Shown one piece after another: positions 13,981 through 27,853 of a DNA stretch of 64,000 bases. Numbering within the stretch: position 1 is the stretch's first letter; each line of letters starts with the position of its first letter. The position numbers and the translations under genes were made by a program. The stretch covers positions 2,976,001-3,040,000 of the forward strand of contig JAYWIR010000022.1 in NCBI GenBank assembly GCA_036172245.1, in the 5' to 3' direction. The notes under the pieces are model-generated. The model worked only from the letters and a program-made list of their open reading frames with translations. It did no database searches and was not told where the DNA came from. Origin of the DNA: Raillietiella orientalis (taxonomy: Eukaryota).

Positions 13981-16179
13981 TTGGAAAACTTAGATGACAT
14001 CTAAATAGTGTGCTTCTAAAATGCGAGGTTTTCCAAGTCTCTGTGTTTGGAAACTGGAAGTGGGGATATAGGTAATCAGATCTCTGGTAGAGTCGCAAGG
14101 TGGATATTCGAGCCTTTGTTATTCTCTGCTTCCGAATGCTTCAAGTGGACAGTCCATCACGTCACTATTACCTCTCTCTAAAACGAACAAAGAGTTGCAG
14201 AAGGACAGCTGCTTGAAAATTGGAAAAGCAGTGCTTTTGTTAAGCCTCTCCTCATGCTTTTATCAAACACTTTCCTCGTGGCATCTCACGGTCATGCCAA
14301 GAGAAGCATGTCTTCCTAAAAGCACTTTTTTGTATCCTTAGTGAATCGAAGTAGAGGAGCTTCCCTCGCACTTACTACAATTGCTGATATCGATTTGTGA
14401 TGTGATTTTTAAATCCCCATCTTTATATTCACAAGCAAGGTGATTTGCAAATTTTCTGTTGACCATTCATTGACTAGCATGGCCACCTTTCAATTGCCAG
14501 CATTGCAGTCGCTTAACATTCAGACGAAACAGTCTGCACAGCAAATGCTGATGAATGCTTTCAAAATTATTCTGCTGAAGAATTTGAATCACCATGATCA
14601 TCCAATAGCAACCATTGCATTAAAAATTCCCCAGCCTCGATCGAACCTGGATGCATGTATATAAGCCACAGTAAGAAATACTACCTTTTAATGCAAAAAA
14701 ACATAAAGAAGTTTCTTCCTTTACTATTTACTATATTAGCTGCATTCATATTCGCCTTTGGAAATTTCCTGTCTGGAACAAGGACTGTCTTAATCTCATT
14801 TGATGATACTTTAAATGCTCATTTCTGTTGTGCTGATTTCATCCTCCATTGACAAATTACATCCATTCTCCACTTCGCCCCTTAACTCAATAATCTGATC
14901 AATCATTTCGATAGTAATTTTTGTTCGTGGATTATGATAATCACTGAATGCAACGACTAGTTAGTTTCATGCCGAAAGAAGTAACGTTTGAAAGGAAAAT
15001 ACAGACTACAGAAGTACTCGTAAGCTGCCTCCAGTTTGTACATCCTTTGGGGTTTTTCTGTTGAGTGCTTTTATGCTTGCCAGCCCTAAATGAAAACAGA
15101 TTGGTTATTCAATGCTCTTTATGATTAGATTATTCACAGAACATAAGTTGTAGGCATACCCTTCTCAGTGGGCTTTCTTGGTGGACCATTTTCCATAGTG
15201 ACTCAGATTTCTCTATCTTCGCAGGTTTTGCAGCTTGAAGGGAATGTGGTTACCACGCAGAATGAGATTTCAATTTTTGAAGTGTATTCCCGTCTTTACA
15301 GCAGAGGAAACATTCCATGTTACTACGTAATTGATGAATGACCTTTGTCACTGATATATACTTTCTTAACAAAAAAGTGTCCCCAGTGTCACGGAAATTA
15401 CGTGCTTACTCAGCAGCCGTTAATTGATCTTTGAGTCTAGAAGAAAAAAGAATTCTGGATATCCATTAGAGGCTCTAGATTTCCTGCATGTATGATGGCA
15501 AAAGAGGAATTTTTCAATCCTGAGACAAATGCTTTTAGCTTCTTCTTCCACGGCTTGACGTTTTATATTTCTCTTAATTTCTTTTAAATCCAAGAAGCGG
15601 CCTGCATTTCACCGATCGGGACTGGCATTTCGGGTTTGCCATTGTTACGTCACATGACAATCGAGTATGGAGCGTATACGATTCAGTGATGGTTTGGAAA
15701 TCCATCTAGAAAATTTAGAGTGACCTCGATGCATTTAAGTGCAAAATGGGAAAATTCAAAAGCAAAAGCAGTTGTTAACTTGTGGGATGGACATTCGAGC
15801 TTTGAGTGAATTTTTGAACGCCGACGAGGATGCAAGGCAGGTCGAAAGAATTATTCCATGGGGTTCAAGAAATTGCGAATGTAGGATTCACTCATTAGAG
15901 CCAAAGATTTTCGAAATACTTTTCGTCTCAGTGTTACGAGCTACGTAGCATCCCTGATCAGTTGTCGCGTCGACTATTGGCTTTTTTGGACTCCGATCTG
16001 GCTGTTGAAATGATGCATTCGCAATTCACCAGCAGATGGATTGCCGGACTTTCGTTTACGATGCTTGATGCTGGCTTGTTCTAATCCATTCTCCTGTTTG
16101 GGTCTAGGCACAAAGGCATGGGATCTGCAGTCCGAGTTAATGGGGGAGGGGGAGGGGGGGGAGGAATCAGCATCACAGA

Positions 16180-17015
16180 GTAGAGGGGAAAAAGCCCGCG
16201 TCAGAGGCTTTGTGGTTAAGACTTCCGCGCGTGACACCATGCGTCGCAGGATCGAATACTCCGGCAGAAACTGACTCCACTGCGTCGTTGGGTTCCGAGT
16301 TTCTCCTGCAAGATGGCGCTGGTTGGCCTAGACATTCGGGCGTGGCACCGGCGGTGGATTAAGCCGGAGGCCCCCGATGAAGGCCGGAACAATGGGAGTC
16401 GACCTTCGGGTCCTCCCAGGAATCAAGGAGTGAGGAGTGTCCCCTCCGGTCGTGCAACGGAGAGCGGACCCCTCTCACCGGGGGACCCCACCGGTTTCAA
16501 GATGGAGCAGGAGCCCTCACGAGCACCTCTCCAGTTGTTCGAAGGAGAGGACCTCCCCTGTTGCGGGGGGGGACCCTCTGAGTCGTCACCTCTTCACCGA
16601 GTGCAAGGAAGCAAGCGAGAGCGATTCCCTGCGGGAACCTGCAGCGCCCCTTCTGAATTTCGGAAGCGTCCCTTCGGGGTTCTCTTCAAAGGAGTGAACA
16701 GGAGCGGTTCCCTTGCGGGTTCCCTCCGGAGGAGAAATTCCTACAAGCGGATCCTTTCCGGGTTCCCTTCGGAGAAGTTGAAATGGAGAGGATCACCCCC
16801 CTCCCAGGGGGTGTCCCTCCGGAGGGAATGAGGAAGGAGGTTCCCTTTGGGGTTTCCACTCGGAGACAACCAGGGTGGGAGGTGCGATTCCCCCGTCCGG
16901 GGGGATCCCTCCCCAAGCGTGAGAGGAACGGACTACGAGCCCTTCCTGGATTCATAGGGCGGACCCCCATCCCGGGGTGCTCCCTATCCTGAAGAATTAC
17001 ACTGAAGAATTACAC
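16180..17015 (+). mobile_element. L1/Tx1-like LINE ORF2 3' remnant (zf-RVT), family A copy 1
   Basis: GC-rich island with LPCCGGGPSES/RHLFTECKEA (CxxC...HxxxxC, frameshifted). It shares colinear DNA motifs with 43290-44090 and 33750-33860, and ends in a 13-bp tandem ctgaagaattaca x2. Confidence 0.6.
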
Positions 17016-19099
17016 GTCCCCCTGCAGGTTGCCGCGGGCGGAGGGGCGTGGAAACAAAACAGTGTTTAAAAGAGCCACGTGCGCCGCGAGGCACGCTACC
17101 GGCTCTGAGGTACTTAGCGAAGCAAAAAAAAAAGAAAACTCTTAAAAAAAAAAAAGCTGGAAGGAAAACAGCGAAGACAGAAGAAAAAGAACCCGAAGAC
17201 TTCCATCGTCTTAGGCCAATAGTAACGATCTCCTCATGGGGTCGCTACTGGCCTTTAAAAAAAAACAAAAAAAAAGATTTTCCACTTGATGAGTGTTGGG
17301 TGTTTAGTGCTCGCCTCGTTTGATGGCAGTTTGACCCGGTGACGGTCAAGAATTTCTCGATACTTGTACTATTTTGCCGGCAGAAACGATGCCGGAAAGG
17401 CACGACTGAAGAACTTCAGTAAACGAAACCAAGTGTCATTACTGACATCTATGATGAAATCTGATAGTTTCATTAAGCTTTGATTTTCAGCACGCAAGTG
17501 CGAGAAAAGGAACCGCATTGCGGCTCTTGTCACCGGCAGTCCCCTTTTTCTGATTTGTGGTCATGAAATTCTCATGGAATTTTATTAAGGCAGACCGTGC
17601 CTTTCCTTTTGAAGATAAGTTTTCAAGATTGATGGCCGAATAAATAGGAGTGGTGAAAAAAAAAGCTGTTTGCATAGTCTATACCTACTGCATCACAAAC
17701 AGATCCTTTTTAATATATATACATATATATATATATGAACTGGTTCTAACAGATCCTATGTATCAAAGGTAAGAACAGAAGAAACACTCGATCTTACTGG
17801 GCTGAAATCTCAACTTTTCGAATAGTGTTTAAAAAAAAAATACAGTTTCGAAGTACCCAGTGGCCTAAGATCGCAAAACTGTATCATCCAGAGCAAAATT
17901 CCAACATCTTTCGAAGAATCTAAAGATAGAAACAGGGTGGCCGATTGAACAGATATGGTTCAGGTTAATCTGTGACACAAACGAAATCCTAACATTGGGA
18001 ATACACTGCAATGTTTCAAATAAGCAAAAAAAAAAAGAATACCAAACTTTATTATACATTTTCGTGTGCAATGAAATGCATGCATATTTCCTGTTTGCAA
18101 TATGAAACATTCGTGTCTTTTCGACAGGCAATAAAAGACAGCTTGTTTAACATGGAGGAAGAATTCCTCAAACAAGTTGTTGAGCTTTTACTTAAAGACA
18201 TGCGTAATGGATGGTAAAAGCATTCCGATACCAAATCATTATAGGAAAAATCATCTGGTTACAGCTGATAACTACTGCAATATACAGGAACGAGAAAATA
18301 ATTTCAGAATTTGGTTCCTCAACGCAGATTTTCCACTGCACGAACCCCTAACAAGTGCAATGCTTAAAAGGTAATGCACTGCAAACAAACCTGCACCTAA
18401 AAACATTGCAATCTATGTAGTGAGAAGCAATTTAAGGGAAAGGTTCAATGCCAAGGCTTGAAAACACTGTTCGAAAATATGAGCATATGAATTAGGGTTG
18501 CAATACCATTCTTATGAGCAGGCAAGGATAAGCAATGACGCAGATCTGAGCACATGCTCATTCATGTTTTCGAGAACTCATCATTGCATGTCAAGTGGAG
18601 TCTTTTGGCTCACAATGAGAAAAATACGCCAGAGTTGTCAAGTGCTCAGCGACTTCAAAATTTGATGGCACCTGATAATTTGAACTACCGAAGTTCCTTG
18701 GTTATGTGGAAAGCATCGACATGATTTTGGATACATAAGAGTAGCTGAAAGGAAACGTTAAAACAAAGCTACTTCATGGAATATATTTCGAGAATTCGAA
18801 AAATTCTTAAATGCATTTGGAGTAGGTGAACAATCAGACTTGGATGTGGTTAAAGTACCATACAAATGCACTGAGAAGGTTCTTGATGCTTCCATTTTTT
18901 CAGAAAATTTGATTACTTCATTTTAAGTTATTGGATCAGCTTGAAAGCACACTTTGGATTCTTTCAAAAAATCTAATGGCTGCATGAGAGGAAACTCGGA
19001 AACAGAATTTGACGACAGAATTTCATTTTCAGTTCAATAAGGAGCCAACAAGTCAACCAGAAACCTTTAATCGTAATTTTCCTAATCATTGTTTTACCA

Positions 19100-19460
19100 A
19101 TACTCATCCTCCCCATCAACCCCCTCTCATCATTCACTTCAAAAATCCTACCATTATCGGTCAACATGCTTACAACTTGGTTTCCCACATCAAGTCACAT
19201 GATAACGTCTGTTACTATTCCGCACATGATTCTTCAGCCCAAAACACCCCTTCGATCCAATCAATAGTGGCAAACCTCACCAAAGAAAATAGCCATGGAA
19301 TTAACATAACCATACCATCAACATAAACATACCTTACTTTGAAAATCTAGGATCTCTGATAGAAATCCGCTCAATTATTCGACTGGCAACAAGGACTCAT
19401 TATCTTCGTACATTGCATCTCATATAAAAGCAGCCTCTCAATCCAAACAGGAAGTGAACA
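19100..19460 (+). mobile_element. Penelope-like GIY-YIG endonuclease remnant
   Basis: TIIGQHAYNLVSHIKSH (cf. YIGQTxRNLxxRIKEH), SIVANLTKENSH (cf. SAIxxHxxxxxH) and a later KQPLN-like terminus. Confidence 0.4.
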
Positions 19461-20089
19461 GTCAAGAACCCAACTGAAAGAATCAACTCTGAAGCTGTGC
19501 AAACTGAAGCATAGTATTTGTTCACAGCTAGTTTTGGTAGTCTGCAAAAGCTAGCAATGACAACCCGGCTGTTGGTATTTATTCATGAACTCTGGCTCGC
19601 TTTTTTCTGTGAATTTGATAAAGTCTGATCTTAGAAGCAAGTGACAGCTAAAACTTCTGGATCATGCCTGAAAGCCATCAAGTAGATGCTAGCATCCAGC
19701 TATCTTAAGAGACGAAGAAATCACCACATGAAAGTATTCCTTAATGTTTTTATTTTTGTGTTGAATTTTTTCCAAAGATAAAATTGATTGAATTTTATTT
19801 CCCTATACGAAGTCCAAATAATCCAATTGTGCAAATAGATATAAGTTTTAGCAAGATTAGACACGAGGTTAATTAGTCTATTCTTACTAATTAACGCTGG
19901 CATTAAAAGTAGGCATTTGGGGGGGGGGAGGGGATCCATTTTACTTTTCAACTTCTCATTCTCACGCTATTTCAATTTTGAACTTCGTGCTGATTAGAAA
20001 TGTTTTCTTTTCGCGTCGATTCCTTGAAAAAAAGGCAGTTGCATTTTTTTCAAGAAATCTCCCAGAGGTTATTCCACAGATTCACCTCT

Positions 20090-20680
20090 TAGATGCATGT
20101 CCCTGGAGCCTCCCATCCGAATTCGCGGCCCTCAAGAATGTGGCCCCTGGCCGGTCGTCTGGACGTCGGTCCTGTTGCCGTCTGGTGAAAGGTGCGGCGG
20201 GCGCCCGGACCAGGGGCAGGCCTGCCGCCGCCGAGGGTGGGCCGGGCGGGGCGGAGAAGCGCGCGTGTGGGGGTGATGTCAGCCCGTGGCCACTCGGCAG
20301 ACGGAGCCGCCACGTGTACGGAGGTGCCGAAGCCGAGCTTTACCTCTCCGAGCGCTTTTTGAGAAGGGGGGAAGCACAAATGTGCAGGAGGCTTTTGCAG
20401 GGGCTTGGAGTGTCGAGGAGCAACCTGTTGCGAGGGAACGCTTTCCTAGGAGCGAGATGTGAATGCGAACTTCCCTGAAACGTCGCACCCACATCATTGT
20501 GAGTAGTTGGCTTTCGAAGTAGAATTCCCTGCACGGGGTTCATCACCTGGATCTCGCCCTTCCTGCGGTGTTCCTTGATGCAGATCCGTTGTGTGTGCAG
20601 CAGCAGCTCTTTCCACGCGGTCTGCCACTCGAAAGTCTCCGCTCCCTTCGGTGTCCGTTATAGCTTGAGGTGAAGTCATG
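20090..20680 (+). mobile_element. LINE ORF2 3' remnant, family B copy 1
   Basis: GC island. GAEAELYLSERFLRRG and RCECELP/THII match GGESAVYVSKRFFRER and HCRECHLP at 40330-40470. Confidence 0.5.
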
Positions 20681-23600
20681 CCGGAATTTCTGGAAAATCG
20701 ATAAGAGTACAGATTGGACTCTGTGACGATGCGTTCATGTGTACACTGGCCTTTTTAAAACATGTAGGAGCGTAAAGGAAATGTAAATGTAAAAAAAATG
20801 ACCATTGTGCCGTTGATTCAACTGCATAAGAGCACCGTTCAGAGTTTCCGTGTTTCCACCTGCAACTTGGGAATTATGTATACCATGAAATCATAGCGAA
20901 CGGAAAAAAAAAAAAAAAATTATGGTATCGTATTTCTGTCAAGTTACTGTTAACTGATTGGTGACCTGGTGGCTGGGGCACTGGTTGCCTGCACTAACCA
21001 TTATTCTGATTGAATTAAATGTATATAAAAATGTGGTCATCGTCATGATTTAATTTATTTGCAGTCGCTTTATGGAATTACCAGTAAACTCTTTGAAGTG
21101 CTTAGGTAATTGATATTATAAGCAAAAATTCCAAAGATGACATCTTGTTCATTCCATATTCCATAACCGAAAAGTAAATGAGTTGGAATGTTTAAATTAG
21201 GAGTTGGTCGGTTATCATTTTACAGTTCCGTTACCTCTCCATCTTAAGATTTGTTCACTGAATGAAAAATTGAATGGAAAGGATATGCTTTCATGTACAT
21301 TTGGATATTCATTTCAAGAGTTCATTATGTTCAGTTTCAAAGTTTTGAAATGCCTTGTGAAAATATATGTAAATGAACATTTTCATATTCAGAATTTTTT
21401 TTGTAGCACAAATGATTTGGAAGAGCAAACTAGAGGGAACCATCGAGCTGGAAAATAGTTTCTGGAATTTCTGGAAGAGACCAGCTGATTGTATTAAAAG
21501 TGCTTTCCAGGATAATCACAGTTTATCAAGGGTAAGAGTCAGATTTGTTTCTCCCCCCCCCCCCCGACCCTTGATTAATCTTATATTCTAATCTGTGTAT
21601 GCAATGTTTCTGTTTGAATTTATTAATTAACTTTGTAATGATCTTTTGTGAAGTAATGTCATACATTATCAGCAAATGTATAAAGCCCTTAACATTTAAA
21701 CACATAAATAAAATTAAAATTGCTTTATTTGAATCTGTAAAGCTTTTGTTAAAATCAATCGTTCACCTTAAGAGGTCCATGTTATGTTAATGGGAATTTT
21801 GTTTTTGCTTCTATTTTGTTTTATGGAATAGATGCCATATGATTCATCAAGTTTCAAATACCTTACATGTGATTCCCCTAGAATTTGAATTTTCATATTT
21901 CCTGAGGTATTTCCTATTCTGGAAAGGTAGCAGTTCTGACTCATATCCTGATTTAATATGAATCTTCATATATCATTGGACTAAAATTACAAAAAAGTGT
22001 TCCATGTAAGATGAATTCTTAGGACTCATTTTATTTTTGGTGTTATACAAAGTAGCAAGCATGCAAATGTTAGAACTAACCAAACTATTTTCATTGAACC
22101 TGTGCAAATTGAATTATATAGGTCAATCAGAAGTTTATAAACAAGTTAAAAACAGGTGAACTTCACCAAAAGAGTGTTCATTCATGATATGAAAATAAAG
22201 ATGATGCCTGCAAAACGAAAGATTGAAGCCTTTTAGATTGAAGACAGAAATGTATATTACATTATTAATACAAGATATCCACAAAAACTGCATGTTTGGG
22301 ACATGTTTAAACTTTAATGCATGTTAAATTATTTGAAAACGCCAATATGTTTTGTTTTTTGGTGATTGACGTTTACTCTGTAGAATCAAAAAGATGTTTG
22401 GAAATGGAGCTTATGTTCACATTTTTTTTTTTATTCACTGTTGCACTGACTGCTGATTCTGCCATTATTTAGCACATAAAACATGAATAAGCTATTGATA
22501 GAATGAGGCCTTTGCATAGTTCGATTCTATCCCTGAAGGGTTTTCTTCAGCACAAATTGTATTCATCGATAATTTGGTCTGTTCATTTGCAAATGATTTA
22601 ACAGTATGTACATTGGTGCCGTCACGAAACCCCTCTTCACAAGTACAGAATCTTGTAAAGTTCATTTTCCGTATGCACGTTGGCATATTGATAATGGTGC
22701 CAATTCGACAGATCCAACTTACTTTACGTGCACTTTGAGAATGCAAAGAAATGCCCTTGGATTCCACTGACTTTTCGGTGTCGCGCAAGAATTTTCTCTC
22801 CACTTGGAGATTTTCGTCACCGTTGTACTGCAGAGATGATGGTTTAATTCTCCTCGTTTCCACAGAGTATAATTCCTCACCTGTTCTTATGGGGGGTGCT
22901 TTGGAGTTGTGTGCATTCGGGTTGCGCATGAAGTGATTGGGAGTATCCCCACAGCCGACTATCGAAGAATGGAAAAATGGAAATTCAGCTTTGCTTTTTT
23001 CCTTACGTATTTAAAAGCCAGTTCGAGCGATTCGCCCCCTTTCCGCTCGAACTTGTCGAAATTTTGCACGAACGCCGTGGTTCCACGTGAGCGTACGTTG
23101 CCGATAGGCGTGTCCCCTCAGTGCAGCCCGGGTTGAGACTTTGGGGAGAGTAAGGGCTCATCATACTGCGATTCTGTCTTGCAGATTGGGTTGCAGGAAA
23201 AATGGTAAAGGATCTGTTTTTGAGTTACAGGATTTCGAAATCTCCTTCCTTTGCATTTTGCTGGAGTCCTCGAATCCTTTATGGGAATGCTTTCGCAGCG
23301 CCCCGTAAGGGATTTCTCCCAAGGGTTCAGTAGTTGACAGCACAGTGCTAGTCTTTTACCTTCAGCTTCACTGAGCCGCAGATTATTCTACGAGCATTTT
23401 TGGCTTTTGTGCATTCGGGTTGGGAGCTTGGCATGGTAATCCAGCAAGCACTCCTGAAAAGCACCTTTCATCCTTTTATTTTTATTTGTAATGGATGGCT
23501 TGTCATGCACTTTTGTTTCGTTGAAGCGCGGCAACGGGTCGGAACCGAAGTGGCCGGAGGGCGGGGACGGAGTGCATCGCATCACATAAACAAAAATTGA

Positions 23601-24746
23601 CCTATTGGGATAAGTTAATCCTAACGTTGTACGATCCAATTTATTTGCGGTTAATGATTGTGGACGATGTGCTTCTTTGGAGCTTTACATGAGAATGGTT
23701 TAAGTGCATCTTTCATGGGAAAAAGGATGTAATGATTTTAAGGGACGCACCATTTTAGGGCGAAGTGTTTCCACCGTGCCGTTTACCTTAGTGTACTGCG
23801 GAAAATGCGAGAAGCGGAAAAGTTGATCAAACTTTGAGGGAAAAAAAAATTTCCCGATTTCCTCCGAATGCAAGTTTTCTGGTCGTGGCCAGCGCACATG
23901 AAACATTCGGAAAACCACCACGGACCATCACGACCGCCAATGCAAAAACTTCTTTGTAAGATTGCGAGTCGGCTCAAAGTGTTAGGTTTTGGGGCCATCT
24001 GCTGTACATTTCATTCTCGTCCATCTTTCAGTCTGTTTATTCACCAGGTTCGTACTCTCTTTGCCTGTGCCTTTGGTGCTCTTGACATACAAAAAAACAC
24101 CAGCACCGGATTTTTCCTTCTTTGGTTGGAAGTGCGCGCTCCAAGGCGTTTGGAAGAGGAAAAATGTGCCCCATCATTTCCGTCTTGGTTCCTTGCTTAT
24201 CTTTCCCAGTGTCGTGCACTCCTGGTGTTTTCGCTTGAAGCCGATTTTTTTCCGTCAAATCGAAATTCATGAGATAAATCACTTGGCAGCGTGGTAGTGA
24301 TTATTTATTCAGGAGTAAGCCTTTTCCGGAAACTTTCACGTGCCTTTCACGTGTTTTTGTTGAAACGGCAAAATTGTCCTGGTAAAAGTTACTTTTGATC
24401 GTAGATCCTGGCCTCCCATGTTTCGTGCCTTAGCATTTCTGACGAATCTCATTTTGTTGGTAAACATTGTGATGCCATGCGGAGCGCAGGCGTGCGTTGT
24501 GATTCTGTTTGCTTTCCTTTTCGAGATCGGCTTTTTCCCTGTGCATCACAGTCCACATCACTTCATTGGGAGTGCCTCGTTGCTGTTGGTTTTGCTGTTT
24601 TGTGTCTTCCTGCCATCCGTGATGTTGCTGCTTTTTGTTTGATTCGCAATTTTTGTGTTTTCATGTTAAAGCACGGCCTAAACCGCATCACTCCACAGCA
24701 GTGATTTACAAGCAGTGCTGCCAAGCGTATTGGAAAACCAAAAAAA

Positions 24747-24747
<1 letters not shown>

Positions 24748-24813
<66 letters not shown>
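24748..24813. repeat. Compound (TA)n(GA)n microsatellite
   Basis: Seen directly in the sequence. Confidence 0.95.
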
Positions 24814-24816
<3 letters not shown>

Positions 24817-25920
24817 CATTCTTACCAACCCTGTCTCATCTGCTTTAGAACGTAGCCTTCTACTTGAGAATTCTAATGTATGACAGCAGCCGAAATCTGC
24901 AGTCCAGTTTTAAACTTATTCCAGGCATTACTTTGTGTATCCTACAACTTTCGTTTACGTTTTTTAGCTGTACGAATAAAGCAGAAATATTTTCAGTTGC
25001 ATCACTCTGCGTATTTGCACAAAACACTTCATCCTGATCGGAGCCCATGAATTCTTGCTTTAAAAACCATTGTATTCATCTTTTTCCTTGGGGGTGTATG
25101 ATGTTGTGGCCTGGAAGTGTGGCATGCTGAAAATGGATCATTTGCCTAAGTGGCACTTTGGCATTCACCACAAGGAGTGAACTGATCGCTTGAACTGAAA
25201 TTCGTGTTTTCCGGTATTTGCTGCAGATATGTACTATTTTTTTGGTGCTAATCATCCAAATACGTTATTTGTTCTCCGAATCAAAATGAAGACTTGTTTG
25301 CAATCTTAAGCAGAATTATGCTTGGAATGGGATCACTTAGGGTACAGCAGCGTTTTCCGAGGTTTAGGTTTGCCGCTGGAGATTTCTTGCGACGCACAGA
25401 TGTGAGGCTCACACAAACTTTCAGTTTCAGAGGATTCAGAGATTGATCTTCGGAAATTCGCACCGTCGATCTTGCGGACTGTGTTTGGTGTTTTGCTTTG
25501 TCCTGTCATGTTTGATGAAGAGTGTTGATGTTTCCGTGCTTGCGACGTCACGCAAACGTCTCCCCTTCTCTTCTCTAAAGTCTTCTCTCATCATTAGACC
25601 TGAAAAGATACATACGGATGTCTGTTGTTGTCTGACACTTGTAAATTTGTTGCCACCGTTGTGGATCCACGAAAAGTAACTGCGTGTGGTCGAAGGCGTG
25701 ATGGGAAACCACATGCCACGTAGGGGGGAGGATCGTTGATTCTGCCACGATCGAAGGCAGTTTCATTCAGATGCATGCACACCACACAAAATGCCTACAT
25801 CCAAGCAAGGTGCACTATGGATTTGAGTGTGGTTTTCCACGATATTCGAAAATTTCTTGGAAAACTTGAATACAAAAGTGAAGTTACCTTATTAATAGTG
25901 TAAGCTAATTTTGACAGTGA

Positions 25921-27853
25921 ATGTTTAACCTTTTTCATTTCAATTTCCCTCAATTGACATTGTTTCAGAAATGGAATAAATTGACAAGACTTCAAAAGAA
26001 TGTGTTATGCATTGCTATAATTCTGATTTGTGTGGTGATGCTTGTGAAGCATAAAAGTACCGTGTTCCTTTCTTCGGAATTTCTTCCTACACAGGACACT
26101 GGACAGATTACAGTAATGTTTCATTCTCATAATGAAAATTAATTTTGAGTTGATTTTATCTGCTTAGACGTTAAAATCATTAGGTTACCCTCAGGAATTT
26201 CGTTGGTCACAAACTTTTAATGCGCAAGAAAGCATGCGTGAAAACTCGATTTCAGTATCAAAACAAAAACATTTTTTAGGTAATTATGCTCATGTGATCA
26301 ATAAAGAGAATTTTTTCCTCCAGGACCTTCCAGTGAGCGTCAGATTGAAATAGTTGATGCGTTTCTACATGCTTGGAAAGGATACAGAAGATTTGCTTGG
26401 GGCCACGATCACCTGAAACCTGTTAGTGGTGGTTTTGGTGATTGGTTTGGTTTGGGCCTAACGTTAGTAGATTCTCTAGATGTGCTATATATTATGAATT
26501 TAACAAATGGTCAGTATGCGTGCATTCTGTTTAATAATTTTTTATGATGCTTCAGAATTCGAGGATGCCAGGAGCTGGGTGGAGAACAAGCTGCATTTCA
26601 ATATTAACAAAGAAGTGAATGTTTTTGAAGTCACCATTCGTGTTCTAGGAAGTCTTCTAAGTTGTTTTCATCTTACTCATGATCCGATGTTTCTTAACAA
26701 AGCTGTGAGCTGTTCCTTACTGCAGTATCAAGAGTTGCCGTCAGAAACTCCTAGGGGATCGACTGTTGCCAGCTTTCCGTACCCGTACCGGCATTCCATA
26801 TACAGATGTGAACCTCAGAAGTGGGAGTGCCCACATGCCACTTTGGAACCCGGATTGCAGCATTTCGGAAGTCACAACGATCCAGCTAGAGTTCCGAGAT
26901 CTGTCGCGAGCAACTACCAATGGCACTTATGAGGTGAAGAAAAATGTGATTACTTATTGATTTGTTTCAGCAAGTTGCATCCAAAGTTAGCGAATATGTG
27001 CACAGTCTTCCCAAAATCAATGGGTTGGTGCCCATGTACGTGAATGCACGAAGTGGGAAATTTCGAAGCGAGGGAGTTCTGACAGTGGGAGCACGAGCAG
27101 ACAGCTACTATGAGTATTTGCTTAAGCAGTGGCTTCAAACAGGGAAAAAACAGGAATGGTGAGACAGCAACGCATGCAACCGTGTTGTTAACTGTGCCCA
27201 GGATGCGACAAGATTACTTGCAAGCCATCCAAGGGATCAAAGATTTATTAGTTCGCAGAACAGTGCCAAATAATTTATTGTTTGTTGGTGAATTGCACGG
27301 TCATCACTCCAAAACTTTTTCCCCCAAAATGGACCACTTAGTATGCTATTTACCTGGCACACTGGCATTAGGGGTTCGGTATGGAATGCCAGCCGATCAC
27401 TTGGATTTAGCACAGGAATTGTTGTATACATGTTATCGTACCTACAGTGCACATCCCACCCATTTGGCTCCGGAAATAACCTATTTCAACACAAGAGACG
27501 TCAAGTCAGCTGATATGTATGTGATGCCTAATGATGTGCATTGCTTGCTGAGACCAGAGACTGTTGAATCTTTGTGGTATTTGTATCATTTAACAGGTAA
27601 TGCCACTTATCAGGAGTGGGGCTGGAACATTTTCCAAGCCTTTCTAAAGCATGCAAAAGTAGAACATGGATTTTCATCAGTAGAAAACGTTCTTCAAGTA
27701 GACAGCAAGCATCTTGATAAAATGGAGTCGTTCTTTCTTGGAGAAACCCTCAAGTACTTGTACCTGTTGTTTGCTGAGGATCAAAGTGAACTCAGTCTCG
27801 ATCAGTGGATTTTCAATTCGGAAGCACATCCACTCCCCATGTATTCATCATAA
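25921..27853 (+). CDS. MAN1B1: ER mannosyl-oligosaccharide 1,2-alpha-mannosidase (GH47), type II membrane protein
   Basis: Exons 25969-26112, 26168-26279, 26324-26509, 26556-26704, 26745-26933, 26971-27158 and 27202-27853 are all GT-AG and frame-consistent (1620 nt). Motifs: [11 protein letters not shown] plus TM helix, [86 protein letters not shown]. The start is uncertain (ATG 25921, or a small upstream exon from ATG 25817). Confidence 0.95.

Noticed and set aside
22492..25790. Possible minus-strand gene head-to-head with MAN1B1 (145-aa ORF 22492-22929 and other hydrophilic ORFs)
   Set aside because: No recognisable domain, and I could not build a consistent splice model.
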